IMG/VR virus record: IMGVR_UViG_3300045988_106448
Direction: 5' to 3' (one strand)
DNA: 64,000 nucleotides
Source: a virus
Shown: piece by piece, positions 36,529-46,256 of the stretch
How the letters are laid out: each line of letters begins with the position of its first letter
How positions within the stretch are numbered: the stretch's first letter is position 1
Notes under the pieces: generated by a model
What the model saw: the letters and a program-made list of their open reading frames with translations, nothing else
Database searches by the model: none
Told to the model about the DNA's origin: nothing
Translations under genes and position numbers: made by a program

Positions 36529-38167
36529 GAATTATTTTCACGTCGGTTTCGACTACGATGCCGCCCTCGTGCAACAGGTAAAAAAGTTCACGGGGGCGCA
36601 ATACAATCCGGCGAATAGAGAATGGTCAGTTCCATTCTCTTTATCCGTTTTAGCCCCGTTTAAAAAATGGCTAGAGGAAAACGGGTTTACCGAGGGCGTT
36701 GTTTACCGACCCTCACAGCGTGTTTTAGAGTACCAAGAGCCGGAGGCTGTAATTACCCCGGAGGATGTGTTGCAAGCCTGTAAAGAGATCGGTTTGACCC
36801 GTACACCACGGTATTACCAAGCCGAGGGCGTTGCCTACATGATTAATCACGGTAATTGTATTAACGGGGACGACTGTGGGTTGGGGAAGACGGCACAGCA
36901 AATAATCACCATTGAATTGTTGAACGCTTTTCCGGCTCTTATTATCGTTCCGGCTTCGGTGAAATACAACTGGAAGAAGGAATGGGCTAAGTGGAATCCA
37001 AATCGAACCGTGGGGGTAATAGATAGTAAGAAACGCAAGAACGCCCCCGATCCGTGGTCGAATGACGTGGTAGTTATCAATTATGACATATTGGGAGAAA
37101 GGGGTTTGGACACTCCTAAAGCCAAGCACCCCCAACTTCTCAAGAAATATTGGGGTGCCTGCGCTTTTGATGAGATTCACTTTCTAAAGTCAGAGAAGGC
37201 GTTGAGAACTAAAATGGCTAAGAAGATAGCCGCCAAGATAGAGAACGTGTGGGGGCTTACCGGAACTCTTACCCAGAAACGCCCGGCTGATCTTATACAA
37301 CCGTTTAAGATAATACGGCGGTTTAAAGATATATTCGGGGATTCCATGGAATTCAAATTCAGATATTGCAACGCCAAGAAAACCATATACGGGTTTGATA
37401 TTAGCGGGTTCAGTAATCTTGAAGAACTCCACGAATTGTTACGCATGGGTGGGTATATACGGCGTAACAAACGAGATGTGCTTGACGAGTTACCACCGTT
37501 AGTCACGACAACGATAGATGCTCCTATTTCTAATTTGAAAGAATACAAGAAAGCCGAAGATGACCTCGTTGCTTATTTGGAGAAGATAGATATCAACAAG
37601 GCTAACAGTGCCATAAACGCCCCGCATCTGGTGATGATGCAAACGTTGAAACGGCTTAGTGTGGAAGGCAAAATGAAATTCGTGGAGGGGTACATTAAGG
37701 ATTGGCTCGAAGCCAACGAGGATAGCCCGTTGCTCGTGTTCGGGGTGCATAGGGAACCATTGCAACGTTTGGCAGCCATGTTTAAAGCCCCGGTAATACA
37801 AGGGGGAGTAGACGGTAAGAAGAAGCAGCAAATAGTAGATGAATTCAGTCAAGGGAAACATCGAGTTCTATTTGCCAACATCAAGTCGGCGGGCACGGGT
37901 ACGGATGGTCTTCAGGAAAATTGTAGCAACCTCCTATATATAGAACTTCCAGATTCCTATTCAGATATAGAACAGGTTAATTCCCGGTTGGAGCGTATGG
38001 GGCAAAAGGGCAGCATTAACGTTACCCGTCTTCTATGCCCGGACACCATAGACGTTCAGATGAATGAAATGATGACTGATAAGAGTTTAGTTATGGGAGT
38101 TATAAACCGAGGGGAGAGTGAAAACGTATTGTTATTGCACAAGATATTAAAAAGCAAACAGAAATGA
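36500..38167 (+). CDS. SNF2-family DNA-dependent ATPase/helicase
   Basis: YYQAEGVAYMI....GDDCGLGKTAQ (motif I), DEIHFLKS (motif II), and a C-terminal helicase domain (GTGTDGLQ..., QVNSRLERMGQ). Confidence 0.7.
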   Translation: MNVRYWYKNKNYFHVGFDYDAALVQQVKKFTGAQYNPANREWSVPFSLSVLAPFKKWLEENGFTEGVVYRPSQRVLEYQEPEAVITPEDVLQACKEIGLTRTPRYYQAEGVAYMINHGNCINGDDCGLGKTAQQIITIELLNAFPALIIVPASVKYNWKKEWAKWNPNRTVGVIDSKKRKNAPDPWSNDVVVINYDILGERGLDTPKAKHPQLLKKYWGACAFDEIHFLKSEKALRTKMAKKIAAKIENVWGLTGTLTQKRPADLIQPFKIIRRFKDIFGDSMEFKFRYCNAKKTIYGFDISGFSNLEELHELLRMGGYIRRNKRDVLDELPPLVTTTIDAPISNLKEYKKAEDDLVAYLEKIDINKANSAINAPHLVMMQTLKRLSVEGKMKFVEGYIKDWLEANEDSPLLVFGVHREPLQRLAAMFKAPVIQGGVDGKKKQQIVDEFSQGKHRVLFANIKSAGTGTDGLQENCSNLLYIELPDSYSDIEQVNSRLERMGQKGSINVTRLLCPDTIDVQMNEMMTDKSLVMGVINRGESENVLLLHKILKSKQK

Positions 38168-38192
38168 CACAACAAATAAAAACGATTTAGTT

Positions 38193-38402
38193 ATGGTGTA
38201 CGAAAAAGGAGAACTAATAAAACTTGTCATAGATGGTCGATCTATGATGGTAGAACTTAAATCTTGCTTGGTAGCGGAAATACACGCACAGCAAGTGCAT
38301 CCTATTGAAGAAACTACGGAACAGAAACAACCGGAGGCGATTGACCCCAACGCCAACAATGCGGATTTCAATCAATTCCTAAAACGTAATGGACTCGCCT
38401 AG
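38193..38402 (+). CDS. small hypothetical protein
   Basis: 69-aa ORF. Confidence 0.25.
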   Translation: MVYEKGELIKLVIDGRSMMVELKSCLVAEIHAQQVHPIEETTEQKQPEAIDPNANNADFNQFLKRNGLA

Positions 38403-39090
38403 TCGGGTAACGATATGGACGGACGGTAGTTGTACCACCAAGGGGGATCGCCGTGGGGGCTACGGGGTTTATTGCGTTTACGACGATACTGAAATTACCG
38501 TTCGACACGGGTTCTGGAATACCACCACTTCCCGTATGGAAATGATGGCGTTGTTAGAAGCGGTTAGTATGATCAATCCGATCGTTCCTACTGATGTTAC
38601 CGTGTACAGTGATAGCCAATTCGTGGTAAACGCTTTTAACGAGGGGTGGCTCAAGAAGTGGAAGTTGATTTGTTGGAGCGGGGTGAAGAATAGGGAATTG
38701 TGGCAGCAAATTGACGCCACTATAACGGCACGCCCCCACATGAAACTCACGATGGTATGGCTGCGGGGGCACGGTTCAAATCTTGAGGATGATATCGTGT
38801 TCGGTAACAACGTGGCGGATGCTCTTGCTAATTATAAGGATCAGGAGAAGTGGGAACAGGATTTGGATTTGGTGGGGTACAGTTGGTTTCATCATGCGAG
38901 TTCAGATTGCGTGTTCATAGAAAAGACCAACCGATACGAAGAGATGAACAAAATGGGGGATGTTGTTCCATTGGGCAAATGCAAGCGGGCAACGTTTGAA
39001 GAATTGTTTGACGTGGTAAATGGAACCTTTCTATTCGAATCGTTTTACAATGGCACGTTAACGATTGATTACACCGTTAAAAATATTTAG
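38389..39090 (+). CDS. rnhA: ribonuclease H (RNase HI-like)
   Basis: VTIWTDGSC, LLEAVS, VTVYSDSQFVVNAFNEGWLKKWK, GHGSNLEDD and NNVADALA match the RNase H catalytic motifs. Confidence 0.75.
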   Translation: MDSPSRVTIWTDGSCTTKGDRRGGYGVYCVYDDTEITVRHGFWNTTTSRMEMMALLEAVSMINPIVPTDVTVYSDSQFVVNAFNEGWLKKWKLICWSGVKNRELWQQIDATITARPHMKLTMVWLRGHGSNLEDDIVFGNNVADALANYKDQEKWEQDLDLVGYSWFHHASSDCVFIEKTNRYEEMNKMGDVVPLGKCKRATFEELFDVVNGTFLFESFYNGTLTIDYTVKNI

Positions 39091-40552
39091 TATGGCAGAA
39101 TTAGACAAGTATAAACAGGCGATAGTGGATTGCTATCGAAATACTAACAAGAATATATTTGTTAGTGCGACGGCGGGGTCAGGAAAGACGTTTACCTTGT
39201 GTCAGTTAGCGAAGATAACCCCTCCTATCAAGTCATTGATATTTCTGGCGTTTAACAAGTCAATAGCGGAAGAATTGGCTCAACGTTTACCACGTACCGT
39301 GAAATCTTCCACGTTGCATTCATGCGCTCTGTCTTCATTGCGTTCAGCGTTTAAAATGGATTTCGTGTTGAGTGAAGCCAAGAATTATAACATGGCGATG
39401 GAACAAATACGGTTTCCCGGTATTCATCGTAAGCGTTTGCCGGGCGTTATAATGAAGGTATGCAAGTTGTATGATTTGATGCGTTTCAACCTCTCTAGCG
39501 ATCTCGTAGAGGATAATATTGCGTTAGGTGAACGTTACGGTTTAGACGTTGACGAACTGATCGCACAGAAGGCGGTAGAGCTCCGTAACCTTAATAATAG
39601 GATAGCCGATCAATACTTTGACGGTGGGTGCCGGGGTAAACTCGTGATTGATTTCACCGATATGCTTGATTTGGCTGTGCGTTACATAGATGATAAGGAT
39701 TTCAAACAGTACAATATCGTAATGTGTGATGAGATTCAGGATATATCGCCGTTACAGTACGCACTGATAAGAAAGCTGAAAACACCACGGGGGCGTTTGA
39801 TAGGAGTGGGAGACCCGAAGCAAAGTATTTATAGTTTCATGGGTAGTAATCTAGATTCACTTCATGCCATACGTACCGCTCCTAACACGGTGGAACTTCC
39901 GTTATCAATGACTTACCGTTGCGCTCGAGCCATTGTGGATGAAGCTAACAAGGTATTTCCAGACAGTATAGAGGCGGCACCGGGGGCGAACAAGGGAGCT
40001 ATTATGGAAGGGAAGGTATCAGATGCGTTGGAAGGGGATTTCGTGTTATGCCGCAATAACGCCCCGCTCGTAGACGCTTTTATAACGTTGCTTCGACAAG
40101 GTAAGAAATGCAGTATTTTAGGGAAGGAATACGGCGATGAATTGGTCTCCCTAATAGACAGTGTTGACGATATTCTAGATTTTGAGGATATGCTGAATAA
40201 CCTCGAAGCCAAGTTAGCACGTAAAGGTATAAAGAACCCTACACGTTGCGAAGTGTACGATAAGTTGGAAGATAAAGTAAACGTGTTGATTAGCCTGTAC
40301 GAATACTTTGGTAGTCTTGAAATAGTACGTAGGAAAATTTACGATATTTTCGTGGAAAACAATACTAGTAAAGGAATCACTCTTTCAACTATTCATAAAT
40401 CGAAAGGTTTGGAGGCTAAACGTGTATTCTTCCTGAGACCCGATTTGCTTCCTAGCCCCTATGCGGTAACGGAGTTGGAACAATACGCTGAAAAATGTTT
40501 GCGTTTTGTAGCTGTAACGAGGGCAAAAGAGTCCCTCATTTATTGTGAATAA
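39065..40552 (+). CDS. UvrD/PcrA-like SF1 helicase
   Basis: Motif I FVSATAGSGKTFTL, motif II CDEIQDISPLQ, motif VI VAVTRAKESL. Confidence 0.75.
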   Translation: MITPLKIFSMAELDKYKQAIVDCYRNTNKNIFVSATAGSGKTFTLCQLAKITPPIKSLIFLAFNKSIAEELAQRLPRTVKSSTLHSCALSSLRSAFKMDFVLSEAKNYNMAMEQIRFPGIHRKRLPGVIMKVCKLYDLMRFNLSSDLVEDNIALGERYGLDVDELIAQKAVELRNLNNRIADQYFDGGCRGKLVIDFTDMLDLAVRYIDDKDFKQYNIVMCDEIQDISPLQYALIRKLKTPRGRLIGVGDPKQSIYSFMGSNLDSLHAIRTAPNTVELPLSMTYRCARAIVDEANKVFPDSIEAAPGANKGAIMEGKVSDALEGDFVLCRNNAPLVDAFITLLRQGKKCSILGKEYGDELVSLIDSVDDILDFEDMLNNLEAKLARKGIKNPTRCEVYDKLEDKVNVLISLYEYFGSLEIVRRKIYDIFVENNTSKGITLSTIHKSKGLEAKRVFFLRPDLLPSPYAVTELEQYAEKCLRFVAVTRAKESLIYCE

Positions 40553-40577
40553 GTTATAAAAGTTAGATATAATAATT

Positions 40578-41003
40578 ATGGAAAAAGTAGAAAAGCAAAC
40601 CCCGGCGGATTTATTCGTGATGATCCCAAGGGTGAAACAAATTACACGGGAGAAGAGTAAAACGACTTTCACACTGCTGAAATGTGCCAACATTCCACAA
40701 TTCGAAGGTGTCCTTCCTACTAAGGAAATTTTACAAACCCATTTTGCAACCCAACGGGTGAAAATGGAGATTGCCAAAAGGGATAAAACAGAATACATAC
40801 CTCAACCCTTGTATCTTGAAATAGAAAGTGGTATATTTGTAGAGTTAATGGAAGCCATTAACAAAAAACAACCACAATTTAAATCAGCAAGTGACGGGCA
40901 TAGTATTTGTTTAACTTTAGGAAATAATATGCCGTGTTGCATAATGCTTCCCCAACAGGAAGCAAAAGAAGTTTGTAATGAACCTTTAAAAGAAGAAGAA
41001 TGA
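40578..41003 (+). CDS. hypothetical protein
   Basis: 141-aa ORF. Confidence 0.3.
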   Translation: MEKVEKQTPADLFVMIPRVKQITREKSKTTFTLLKCANIPQFEGVLPTKEILQTHFATQRVKMEIAKRDKTEYIPQPLYLEIESGIFVELMEAINKKQPQFKSASDGHSICLTLGNNMPCCIMLPQQEAKEVCNEPLKEEE

Positions 41004-43345
41004 TTACAGTAGACAGTAGACCCACCGTGGGAGAGTATATCTTTTTAAGCAAGTATTCTCAGACCTTTGGTGGTAAAAAGGAAACATGGAACCAAGCGGT
41101 TAACCGGGTTATGAATATGCACGTCAAGCAATATCGTAACCGGATAAAGCCGCAAGATATGCCCGAATTTTTAAGCCTGTTCGAAAAGGCTTATAAACTG
41201 TACCACGATCAGCGCATTCTGGGGGCGCAACGTGCGTTGCAATACGGGGGTGAGTTAATGACCGAGAAGGTCGCTCGTTTTTACAATTGCACGATGTCCC
41301 ATTGTAACCGGGTAGAATTCTTTGAGGAAGCCATGTATCTCCTATTATGCGGTTGCGGGGTTGGGTATAGCGTGCAGAAGAAACACACCGAACAGCTACC
41401 CGTGCCGAAAGGATTTAACCATACCGTTCCAAACGAAAAAGTTGTATGTCCTGACACCATAGAAGGATGGGCGATGTGCGTGGGCACGTTGATGAAGGCG
41501 TATTACTACGGTGATGCCGAACCTGACTTTGACCTTTCCCTAATTAGGAAGAAAGGGGCTTACATACGTGGGGGATTTCGTGCTCCAGGACCGGAACCTC
41601 TTCGTCAGGCTTTGGATAAAATGAAAAGTATCTTAGTGAAGATCAAGGGGCGCAAGCTAACACCGTTTGAACTCCACTATTTGATTTGCATATTTGCCGA
41701 TAGTGTTGTGACCGGGGGCGTGCGTCGTAGTGCGATGATAGCCTTGTTTGACGCCGATGATAACGAGATGGCTACGTGCAAGACGGGCAGTTGGATGAAT
41801 GAAAAGAAAGAATTATGCCGTAGCAATAATTCGGCTGTGATTCTTCCTAACACGCCCAAAGAATTGTTTGATAAAATATTCAAATCCACCAAGGCATACG
41901 GGGAACCGGGCTTCGTGTTCTTGGATGATCCAGATTACGCCGTGAATCCCTGTGGGGAAGTTGCCACCCTACCCATGTTCTTCGATCAGGAAACCTGTGA
42001 ATGGAAGTCCGGTTGGGGATTCTGTAACCTTGCGGAAATCAACGGGGGTAAAGTTAAAACGGTGAAAGACTTCCATGAAGCCTGTGAAGCCGCCGCCGTG
42101 ATATGCACGTTGCAGGCAGGTTACACGAATTTCAAGGTATTGTCACGGTGGTCACAGAAGATTGCCGAGCGTGATGCCCTCATTGGAGTGGGAATCACGG
42201 GGTTATGTGAGAATCCAGACATTTTATTTGATCCGGACGTTCAGCGTGAAGGGGCTGAAATCGTGGTGGCGACTAACAAGAAAGTGGCAGAACTTATCGG
42301 CATTAACCCGGCGGCACGATGCACGGTAGTGAAGCCGTCCGGTAATAGTTCACAATTGTTAGGAACTCTATCTGGGATAACACCGGGGCACGCACGTCAT
42401 TACATTCGGCACGTGCAAGCCGCCGATACGGAACAGGCGTTGCAAGCGTGGGAAGAAACCAATCCAGAATGCGTTGAACCTAGCGCATGGGCACCCGACC
42501 GAGAGAAAGTATTGGCGTTCCCCGTTACCCTCCCTAAGAACGCTTTATTGAGAGAAAATCTTTCCGCCGTGGAGTTCTTGAAGTTGGTGTTATTAACCAA
42601 GAACAATTGGATAGAATACGGAACCAACTTCGATCACCCGCAAACTCAGTACAACCCCAAACTTAGAATGAACGTTTCCAACACGTGTACCGTTAAGGAA
42701 CACGAATGGGACGAGGTACGTGAATTCCTGTGGGCACATAAAAGTGAGTTCGGCGGGGTGAGTCTTCTTTCCTACTACGGTGATTTGGACTACCCGCAAG
42801 CCCCTTATACGGAAGTTCTTGATGAACATCAATTGGCTGAACGTTACGGTGCGGGTGCGATTCTTTCAAGTGGTTTAGTAGTGGATAGTAAAGACGTGTT
42901 CAAGGACGTGTGGGAAGCCTGTAACGCTGCGATGGGATTGGCTCCTAAATTGCTTGAACTGACAGACAAGGAGATTAGCGAGTTCATCGTTAAGCACATC
43001 AAGAACGGTAAGTTCCTAATGGAGATTGACGGCGTGTGCTTCTCTGATGTTAATTGCGTGGTGGATCACTTGCGTCACAAGGTGGAAGCACGTCTGGATT
43101 GGATTCGTAGGTTCAACAGTTTCGCAGAGAAATACATGGGTGGAGATCGGCAGTTAACCGCCTACTGTTTGAAACACGTGAACGCATACCACAAGTGGCA
43201 ACACATTTGTCGTTTCCAGAAGGTGGACTATTCTAACATAGTTTGGGAGCAACCGTTGAAGGAAGCGGGCAGTGAGATTGCAGCGGCGTGCAGTGGCGGC
43301 GTCTGCGAATTTCTCGCCCCCCCCAGAAGTGAAATAAATTGGTAA
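41000..43345 (+). CDS. ribonucleotide reductase large chain (likely class II, B12-dependent, monomeric type)
   Basis: Active-site NPCGEVATLP and CNLAEING motifs. C-terminal Cys pair (CSGGVCEF). No obvious ATP cone, and no NrdB-like partner in the window. Confidence 0.65.
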   Translation: MITVDSRPTVGEYIFLSKYSQTFGGKKETWNQAVNRVMNMHVKQYRNRIKPQDMPEFLSLFEKAYKLYHDQRILGAQRALQYGGELMTEKVARFYNCTMSHCNRVEFFEEAMYLLLCGCGVGYSVQKKHTEQLPVPKGFNHTVPNEKVVCPDTIEGWAMCVGTLMKAYYYGDAEPDFDLSLIRKKGAYIRGGFRAPGPEPLRQALDKMKSILVKIKGRKLTPFELHYLICIFADSVVTGGVRRSAMIALFDADDNEMATCKTGSWMNEKKELCRSNNSAVILPNTPKELFDKIFKSTKAYGEPGFVFLDDPDYAVNPCGEVATLPMFFDQETCEWKSGWGFCNLAEINGGKVKTVKDFHEACEAAAVICTLQAGYTNFKVLSRWSQKIAERDALIGVGITGLCENPDILFDPDVQREGAEIVVATNKKVAELIGINPAARCTVVKPSGNSSQLLGTLSGITPGHARHYIRHVQAADTEQALQAWEETNPECVEPSAWAPDREKVLAFPVTLPKNALLRENLSAVEFLKLVLLTKNNWIEYGTNFDHPQTQYNPKLRMNVSNTCTVKEHEWDEVREFLWAHKSEFGGVSLLSYYGDLDYPQAPYTEVLDEHQLAERYGAGAILSSGLVVDSKDVFKDVWEACNAAMGLAPKLLELTDKEISEFIVKHIKNGKFLMEIDGVCFSDVNCVVDHLRHKVEARLDWIRRFNSFAEKYMGGDRQLTAYCLKHVNAYHKWQHICRFQKVDYSNIVWEQPLKEAGSEIAAACSGGVCEFLAPPRSEINW

Positions 43346-43349
43346 TACA

Positions 43350-43371
43350 GGGAACCGGATATCCGGTTCCC
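43350..43371 (+). terminator. perfect 9-bp palindrome gggaaccgg-atat-ccggttccc after the RNR stop (weak U tract)
   Basis: Perfect inverted repeat 5 nt after the stop at 43345. The following sequence is only moderately T-rich. Confidence 0.35.
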
Positions 43372-43413
43372 ACGTTATAATAACACGCAAGACTAATTAA
43401 AACGATATAATAA

Positions 43414-45027
43414 ATGGACATTAAAGTATTATTTGACGATTCAGCCCGTGAAGGCTTGTATGAAGGGGTGAAACAAATTACCCGTGCCGTGGCTTCTACA
43501 CTCGGACCGAAAGGACACACGGTTATCATTGATAAAGGTTATGGCATTCCCCACGTGACCAAAGACGGGGTAACGGTGGCTCGTGCCTTTGATACGGATG
43601 ACACCGTGGCTCGCATGGGTGCAACCCTCGTTAAGATGGCAGCCGCTAAAACGTGTGACGAAGCCGGAGACGGTACCACTACCGCCACCATTCTTACGGA
43701 AGCTCTCATACGGTTAGGGATGGAAAAGATGCACCTCGTGAAAAATCCACAACAATTTAAACGAGGAATTGAACGTGCTTGTGAAGAGGCGGTAGCCTTC
43801 ATTGACAATTTGAAATATGAAATCGATCCTACGGATTTTACCCGGTTAGAACAAATTGCTACCATTTCAGCGAATGGAGACGTGGAGATAGGAAAGGTAA
43901 TTACCGGGGCTATTCAACAAGTGGGCAACGATGGGATCATCACCGTGGAAGAAGGTGATAACTCTTCTGAGATAACGGTTGATATCACGACAGGATTCCA
44001 ATGGTCAAAGGGGCTTGTCAATCCCTATTTCGTAACCGATCGAGAACGTATTGAATGCGTGTTAGACAATCCATACGTTCTAATACTAGGGCAGAAAGCC
44101 AATTACCCGCAAGAAATTCTTCCGGTGGTTCAAACCGTGTACACCGCTAAACGTAGTTTACTTATTGTCGCTCCAGACGCCTCTAACGACGTCATAAAGT
44201 TCCTCGTAACGAACATTGCCAAGGAAAACGGGTTAAAGGCTTGCTTCGTTAAAGCCCCCGGCTATGGACAGGTTCAGAAGGATATGTTGGAAGACCTAGC
44301 CGTGAAGATGGGCGGTAAGGTGGTTGGAGGGGAATCCGCTCAAACCATTGAACAACTAGGTACAGATTGGTTAGGTGAATGTGATAGAGCGGTTGTCACC
44401 TCTACTCAAACCACCCTAGTTGGAGGGGCGGGTACCGAAGAGGAAATTCAAACCCGTGTCAAGGCTATCAAGAACCAGATTGATGACACCTCTAACACCT
44501 TTGATAAAGAGAAGTACCGTGAACGCATTAGCAAGTTAACCGGGGGAGCCGCCGTGATACACGTTGGAGCCACTAGCGAGGTTGAGATGAAGGAACGCAA
44601 AGACCGAGTAGACGATGCCATAGCCGCCACACGTGCAGCCATTGACGAGGGCTACGTGCCGGGTGGAGGTATGATGCCATATCAGGCAGCACAATATCTA
44701 ACGGGTTGGACAACCAATACCACGGAGGATGAACGTGTGGGAATTGAAGTGGTAATCGGGGCTTTACGTGCACCTTTCCGTCAATTGTGCATGAATGCCG
44801 GGGTAAACCCTGATAAATACGAAGCGGTAATAGAAACCAAAATCGGAAGTGAGTGGCGCAAGGGGATTGACTTTTCTTCCATGTGCATCGTGAATTTGTT
44901 TGAGATTGGGGTAATTGACCCCGTTAAGGTTACACGCCTTGCGTTGCAGAACGCCGTGAGCGTTGCCATACAGTTCCTAAATACTTCGTGTGTTATGGCT
45001 GAGCCGCCTAAAGACAAGAAGTCATGA
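43414..45027 (+). CDS. groEL: GroEL-type chaperonin (Cpn60)
   Basis: 537 aa, collinear with GroEL: ASTLGPKGHTVIID, DGVTVARAF, AGDGTTTATILTEALI, the apical domain, then a C-terminal hydrophobic tail. Confidence 0.9.
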   Translation: MDIKVLFDDSAREGLYEGVKQITRAVASTLGPKGHTVIIDKGYGIPHVTKDGVTVARAFDTDDTVARMGATLVKMAAAKTCDEAGDGTTTATILTEALIRLGMEKMHLVKNPQQFKRGIERACEEAVAFIDNLKYEIDPTDFTRLEQIATISANGDVEIGKVITGAIQQVGNDGIITVEEGDNSSEITVDITTGFQWSKGLVNPYFVTDRERIECVLDNPYVLILGQKANYPQEILPVVQTVYTAKRSLLIVAPDASNDVIKFLVTNIAKENGLKACFVKAPGYGQVQKDMLEDLAVKMGGKVVGGESAQTIEQLGTDWLGECDRAVVTSTQTTLVGGAGTEEEIQTRVKAIKNQIDDTSNTFDKEKYRERISKLTGGAAVIHVGATSEVEMKERKDRVDDAIAATRAAIDEGYVPGGGMMPYQAAQYLTGWTTNTTEDERVGIEVVIGALRAPFRQLCMNAGVNPDKYEAVIETKIGSEWRKGIDFSSMCIVNLFEIGVIDPVKVTRLALQNAVSVAIQFLNTSCVMAEPPKDKKS

Positions 45028-45248
45028 GCCAAAAACAAATCGGACCGGGAGACATTTGTCGTATCCGCCACAATGAAAGCGGACACCACTTTCCTGAAAA
45101 CACGTTAGTGGTAGTGAAAGAATGCTACCCACGGTTTTCAGAGTTTCCCACCCGGTTCAAGGTGGCAACTCGTAAAGAATGGTGGTACGTGGTATTAGAA
45201 GATTTAACCCTATTTGCCAAAAACAAAGATGAAGATGGCGAATACTAA
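45024..45248 (+). CDS. hypothetical protein (not GroES-like)
   Basis: 74-aa ORF coupled to groEL. No resemblance to the GroES mobile-loop architecture. Confidence 0.3.
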   Translation: MSQKQIGPGDICRIRHNESGHHFPENTLVVVKECYPRFSEFPTRFKVATRKEWWYVVLEDLTLFAKNKDEDGEY

Positions 45249-45259
45249 ACAAAAAGATT

Positions 45260-45742
45260 ATGCTAAATTTTGAAGTAAGGACAAAAAGATTAATCGTTAC
45301 TGAGAGTAACAGATACAAGACAATCAAGGAAACCCGTTTGTTTCAGGGGGAAAACTATTCGGAAGTAGAAATGAAAGCCCTCGCCCACATGGCTGAGCAT
45401 TTTCCGGGTGAGGACATTAAAATAGTGAAGATTACCCAAAGTAAGATCACCGATATAAGTGTGGAAGGCACGGGTAACATTTTGTACAAATCCAAGGTTA
45501 CAACCATTGAAACCTCTGATAGTGGAAAAGACATCAAGACCTCCTATTACATTTTGGTGGATGCCAACACCATTGAAGAAGCTACGGAAAACGTTCAACA
45601 TTACATTGATGGATGGGCGTTCGGTGCTGACATTAACAAGATAGAGGAAACCAAACTCGTTGAAGTAATCGTGAATCCGGGCACTGAGGAACCTGAAGAA
45701 CAGCCAGAACCCACCCCTAAAAAGAAGGGTAAGAAGAAATAG
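45260..45742 (+). CDS. hypothetical protein with Lys-rich C-terminus
   Basis: 160-aa ORF ending in PKKKGKKK. Confidence 0.3.
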   Translation: MLNFEVRTKRLIVTESNRYKTIKETRLFQGENYSEVEMKALAHMAEHFPGEDIKIVKITQSKITDISVEGTGNILYKSKVTTIETSDSGKDIKTSYYILVDANTIEEATENVQHYIDGWAFGADINKIEETKLVEVIVNPGTEEPEEQPEPTPKKKGKKK

Positions 45743-45784
45743 TTTTCATTAGCCCCGTTCCGGCGGGGCACAATACAATACGCC

Positions 45785-46255
45785 ATGAATAATTTAATGT
45801 ACAATTTACTCGGATTCGGTCTGGTTGCACTTATCGGATATATAGTTATTTATTGTAAAAAGAATCGTAGACGGTGGCGGTGTAAACGTGTGAAACGGTA
45901 TCTGTTAAGACACCCTTCTAACGGGGTTCCTTCAGAATTCTTCATCAACGCTTTGGAACGTAAATTAAAGGATATACGAATAGACGAGTTCTCAGATAAA
46001 ATACGGTTAATGAAATATTCGCAGTATTCTTTTAATATCTGGTGTCAAAATGGCGTGTTACACACGTCGTTGGTGTACCCTTTCGGTAATATGAAGTATA
46101 GGAATACTCAACCGTTCCTTCGAACACCCGAAAGGGAAATAATGGCGACCCGTGAGGTTGATAAAGAGATACGGATGTTATATCAAATGGATGGGGAACC
46201 CGAATGGAAAGTGGTAACTCAATTAATGAATTGCGGAATATACTGTATGAAATAA
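45785..46255 (+). CDS. hypothetical membrane-anchored protein
   Basis: N-terminal TM helix (LLGFGLVALIGYIVIYC) followed by a basic stretch. Confidence 0.3.
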   Translation: MNNLMYNLLGFGLVALIGYIVIYCKKNRRRWRCKRVKRYLLRHPSNGVPSEFFINALERKLKDIRIDEFSDKIRLMKYSQYSFNIWCQNGVLHTSLVYPFGNMKYRNTQPFLRTPEREIMATREVDKEIRMLYQMDGEPEWKVVTQLMNCGIYCMK

Positions 46256-46256
46256 T

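Noticed and set aside
38760-38790. tRNA-like T-loop resemblance (ggttcaaatc) and a general search for tRNA, rRNA and CRISPR features.
   Set aside because: The match lies inside the RNase H coding sequence with no acceptor or anticodon stem context. I found no GGTTCGAAT-type T-loops with proper cloverleaf context anywhere. There are no arrays of regularly spaced direct repeats with unique spacers (no CRISPR) and no rRNA-like stretches.
45743-45784. GC hairpin (gccccg-ttccgg-cggggc) after 45260..45742 as a rho-independent terminator.
   Set aside because: No U-tract follows (ACAATACAATACG) and the next gene starts 20 nt later. It may stabilise mRNA, but the evidence for termination is weak.
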